Of a stretch of DNA of 20,000 nucleotides, positions 18,461 through 20,000 are shown one piece after another. Within the stretch, counting starts at the first letter, position 1, and each line of letters opens with the position of its first letter. Position numbers and translations under genes: made by a program. Location: the sequence record SRR22947725_333. One strand, 5' to 3'. The notes below the pieces were generated by a model. The model was not told the origin of the DNA and did no database searches. It saw nothing but the letters and a program-made list of their open reading frames with translations.

Positions 18461-19952
18461 AGAACCACTGATGGACTTTGATGAGGCCATTGAGAGATTT
18501 GAGGTTGTCATCGGCCTCGAGGTCCACGTCGAGCTAAATACCAAGAGCAAGATGTTCTGCGGTTGCGCGAATGTCTTTGGTAACGAGCCCAACACCAACG
18601 TCTGCCCGATATGCCTAGGACTTCCCGGAGCACTGCCTGCTGTAAACAAGAAGGCGGTTGAATCTTCGATTGCCATTGGGCTAGCCCTCGGCTGCGAGAT
18701 TGCCCCAAATGGCCGCTTCGCGAGAAAGAACTATTTCTATCCGGATCTGGCCAAGAACTTCCAGACCTCGCAGTATGACGAGCCAATTGCCTTTGAGGGC
18801 AAGCTCGATGTTGAGATCTCTGACGGCCAGGTGTTCGAGGTGCTCATCGAGCGCGCCCACATGGAAGAGGACGCCGGGAAGCTCACCCACGTAGGTGGCG
18901 CAACCGGTCGTATTCAGGGTGCGGAATACTCTCTGGTGGACTTTAACCGTGCCGGAGTTCCCCTGGTTGAGATCGTGACCAAGCCAGTCTTTGGGGCAGG
19001 AGCAAACGCGCCCGAGCTTGCCGCTGCCTATGTCAGGAATATTCGCGACATCGTGAAGGCCATGGACGTCTCCGACGCCAAGATGGAAAGAGGAAACGTC
19101 CGCTGCGATGCGAACGTTTCACTTCGCCCTAAGGGTCAAGAGAAGCTAGGAACTAGAACCGAGACCAAGAACGTCAACTCCATCAGGAGCGTGGAAAACG
19201 CAGTTCGCTATGAGATCCAGCGCCAGGCCCACATCCTCGCTGGTGGTGGCAGCATCACTCAAGAGACTCGTCACTGGCACGAGGACCGCGGCTACACCTC
19301 AGCGGGCAGACCTAAGTCTGACGCCGATGACTACCGCTACTTCCCCGAACCAGACCTGGTTCCGGTCCAGCCAGCGGAAAGCTGGATCGAAGAAATTCGT
19401 AAGTCCCTACCTGAAAACCCCCAGCAGCGCCGCAAACGCCTCGCCAAGGACTGGGGTTTCAGCGAGCTTGAATTCAGAGACGTCGTAAACGGCGACCTCC
19501 TAGACCTTGTTGAGGCAACGGTTGCTGCCGGAACTTCGCCTCAGGCTGCCAGGAAGTGGTGGACTGGAGAGCTATCCAGGCAAGCCAATGCCTTGGAGCT
19601 GAGCACTAGCGAGCTAGCCATCACCCCCGATCAGGTTGCGACCATTCAGAAGCTGATTGATGCTGGGGACCTGACCGACCGCATGGCGAGGGAGGTTGTG
19701 GCAGGAGTCATCCAAGGCGAGGGCACCCCAGAGCAGGTCATTGAGAAGCGCGGGCTCAAGGTTGTGACCGACGAGGGCGCTCTTATTGCCGCAATCGACA
19801 AAGCACTTAGCGAGCAGCCAGATGTTCTCGAGAAGATTCGCGAGGGTAAGGTTCAGGCAGCTGGTGCAGTAATTGGAGCTGTCATGAAGGCGATGGGCGG
19901 GCAGGTTGATGCTGCTCGGGTTCGAGAGCTAATTCTGGAGCGTGCTGGGTAA
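18453..19952 (+). CDS. gatB: Asp-tRNA(Asn)/Glu-tRNA(Gln) amidotransferase subunit B
   Basis: [75 protein letters not shown], YqeY-like tail. GTG start with GGAGG RBS. Confidence 0.97.
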   Translation: MAKEPLMDFDEAIERFEVVIGLEVHVELNTKSKMFCGCANVFGNEPNTNVCPICLGLPGALPAVNKKAVESSIAIGLALGCEIAPNGRFARKNYFYPDLAKNFQTSQYDEPIAFEGKLDVEISDGQVFEVLIERAHMEEDAGKLTHVGGATGRIQGAEYSLVDFNRAGVPLVEIVTKPVFGAGANAPELAAAYVRNIRDIVKAMDVSDAKMERGNVRCDANVSLRPKGQEKLGTRTETKNVNSIRSVENAVRYEIQRQAHILAGGGSITQETRHWHEDRGYTSAGRPKSDADDYRYFPEPDLVPVQPAESWIEEIRKSLPENPQQRRKRLAKDWGFSELEFRDVVNGDLLDLVEATVAAGTSPQAARKWWTGELSRQANALELSTSELAITPDQVATIQKLIDAGDLTDRMAREVVAGVIQGEGTPEQVIEKRGLKVVTDEGALIAAIDKALSEQPDVLEKIREGKVQAAGAVIGAVMKAMGGQVDAARVRELILERAG

Positions 19953-19953
19953 C

Positions 19954-20000
19954 TGGGGTGAGTAACGGGACTTGAACCCGCGGCCTCCTGGACCACAACC
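19954..20000 (-). tRNA. tRNA-His (GTG), 3' portion; 5' end lies beyond the window
   Basis: Reverse complement reads GG-TTGTGGT-CCAGG-AGGCC-GCGGG-TTCAAGT-CCCGT-TACTCAC-C-CCA: anticodon loop with GTG, T-arm, acceptor 3' strand, C73 discriminator typical of bacterial tRNA-His, and encoded CCA. Confidence 0.95.

Overview
Gene-dense core-chromosome segment of an actinobacterium. Protein similarity and extreme compaction suggest a streamlined Microbacteriaceae such as the aquatic Luna-type lineages (inference). Left to right: the 3' end of a lytic transglycosylase-like gene missing from the ORF track; a small Cys/His (putative Zn-binding) protein; an alpha/beta hydrolase; then, on the minus strand, an AI-2E family permease and a FilP/DivIVA-like hendecad coiled-coil protein. 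Divergent from these are a 567-aa membrane protein with an internal lipoprotein signal and a cysteine-free CnoX/YbbN-like Trx-TPR chaperone. Next come glgX-glgE-glgB (minus), cysteine desulfurase-mnmA-ligA-gatC-gatA-gatB (plus), and the 3' part of tRNA-His(GTG) (minus), ending 1 nt from the gatB stop. I see no mobile element, CRISPR array, defence system, intein or compositional island. The right two thirds is ordinary housekeeping. The best candidate for something undescribed is the cluster at about 1-5921, a possible cell-envelope/polar-growth module. All family assignments come from motif recognition by eye, not database searches.
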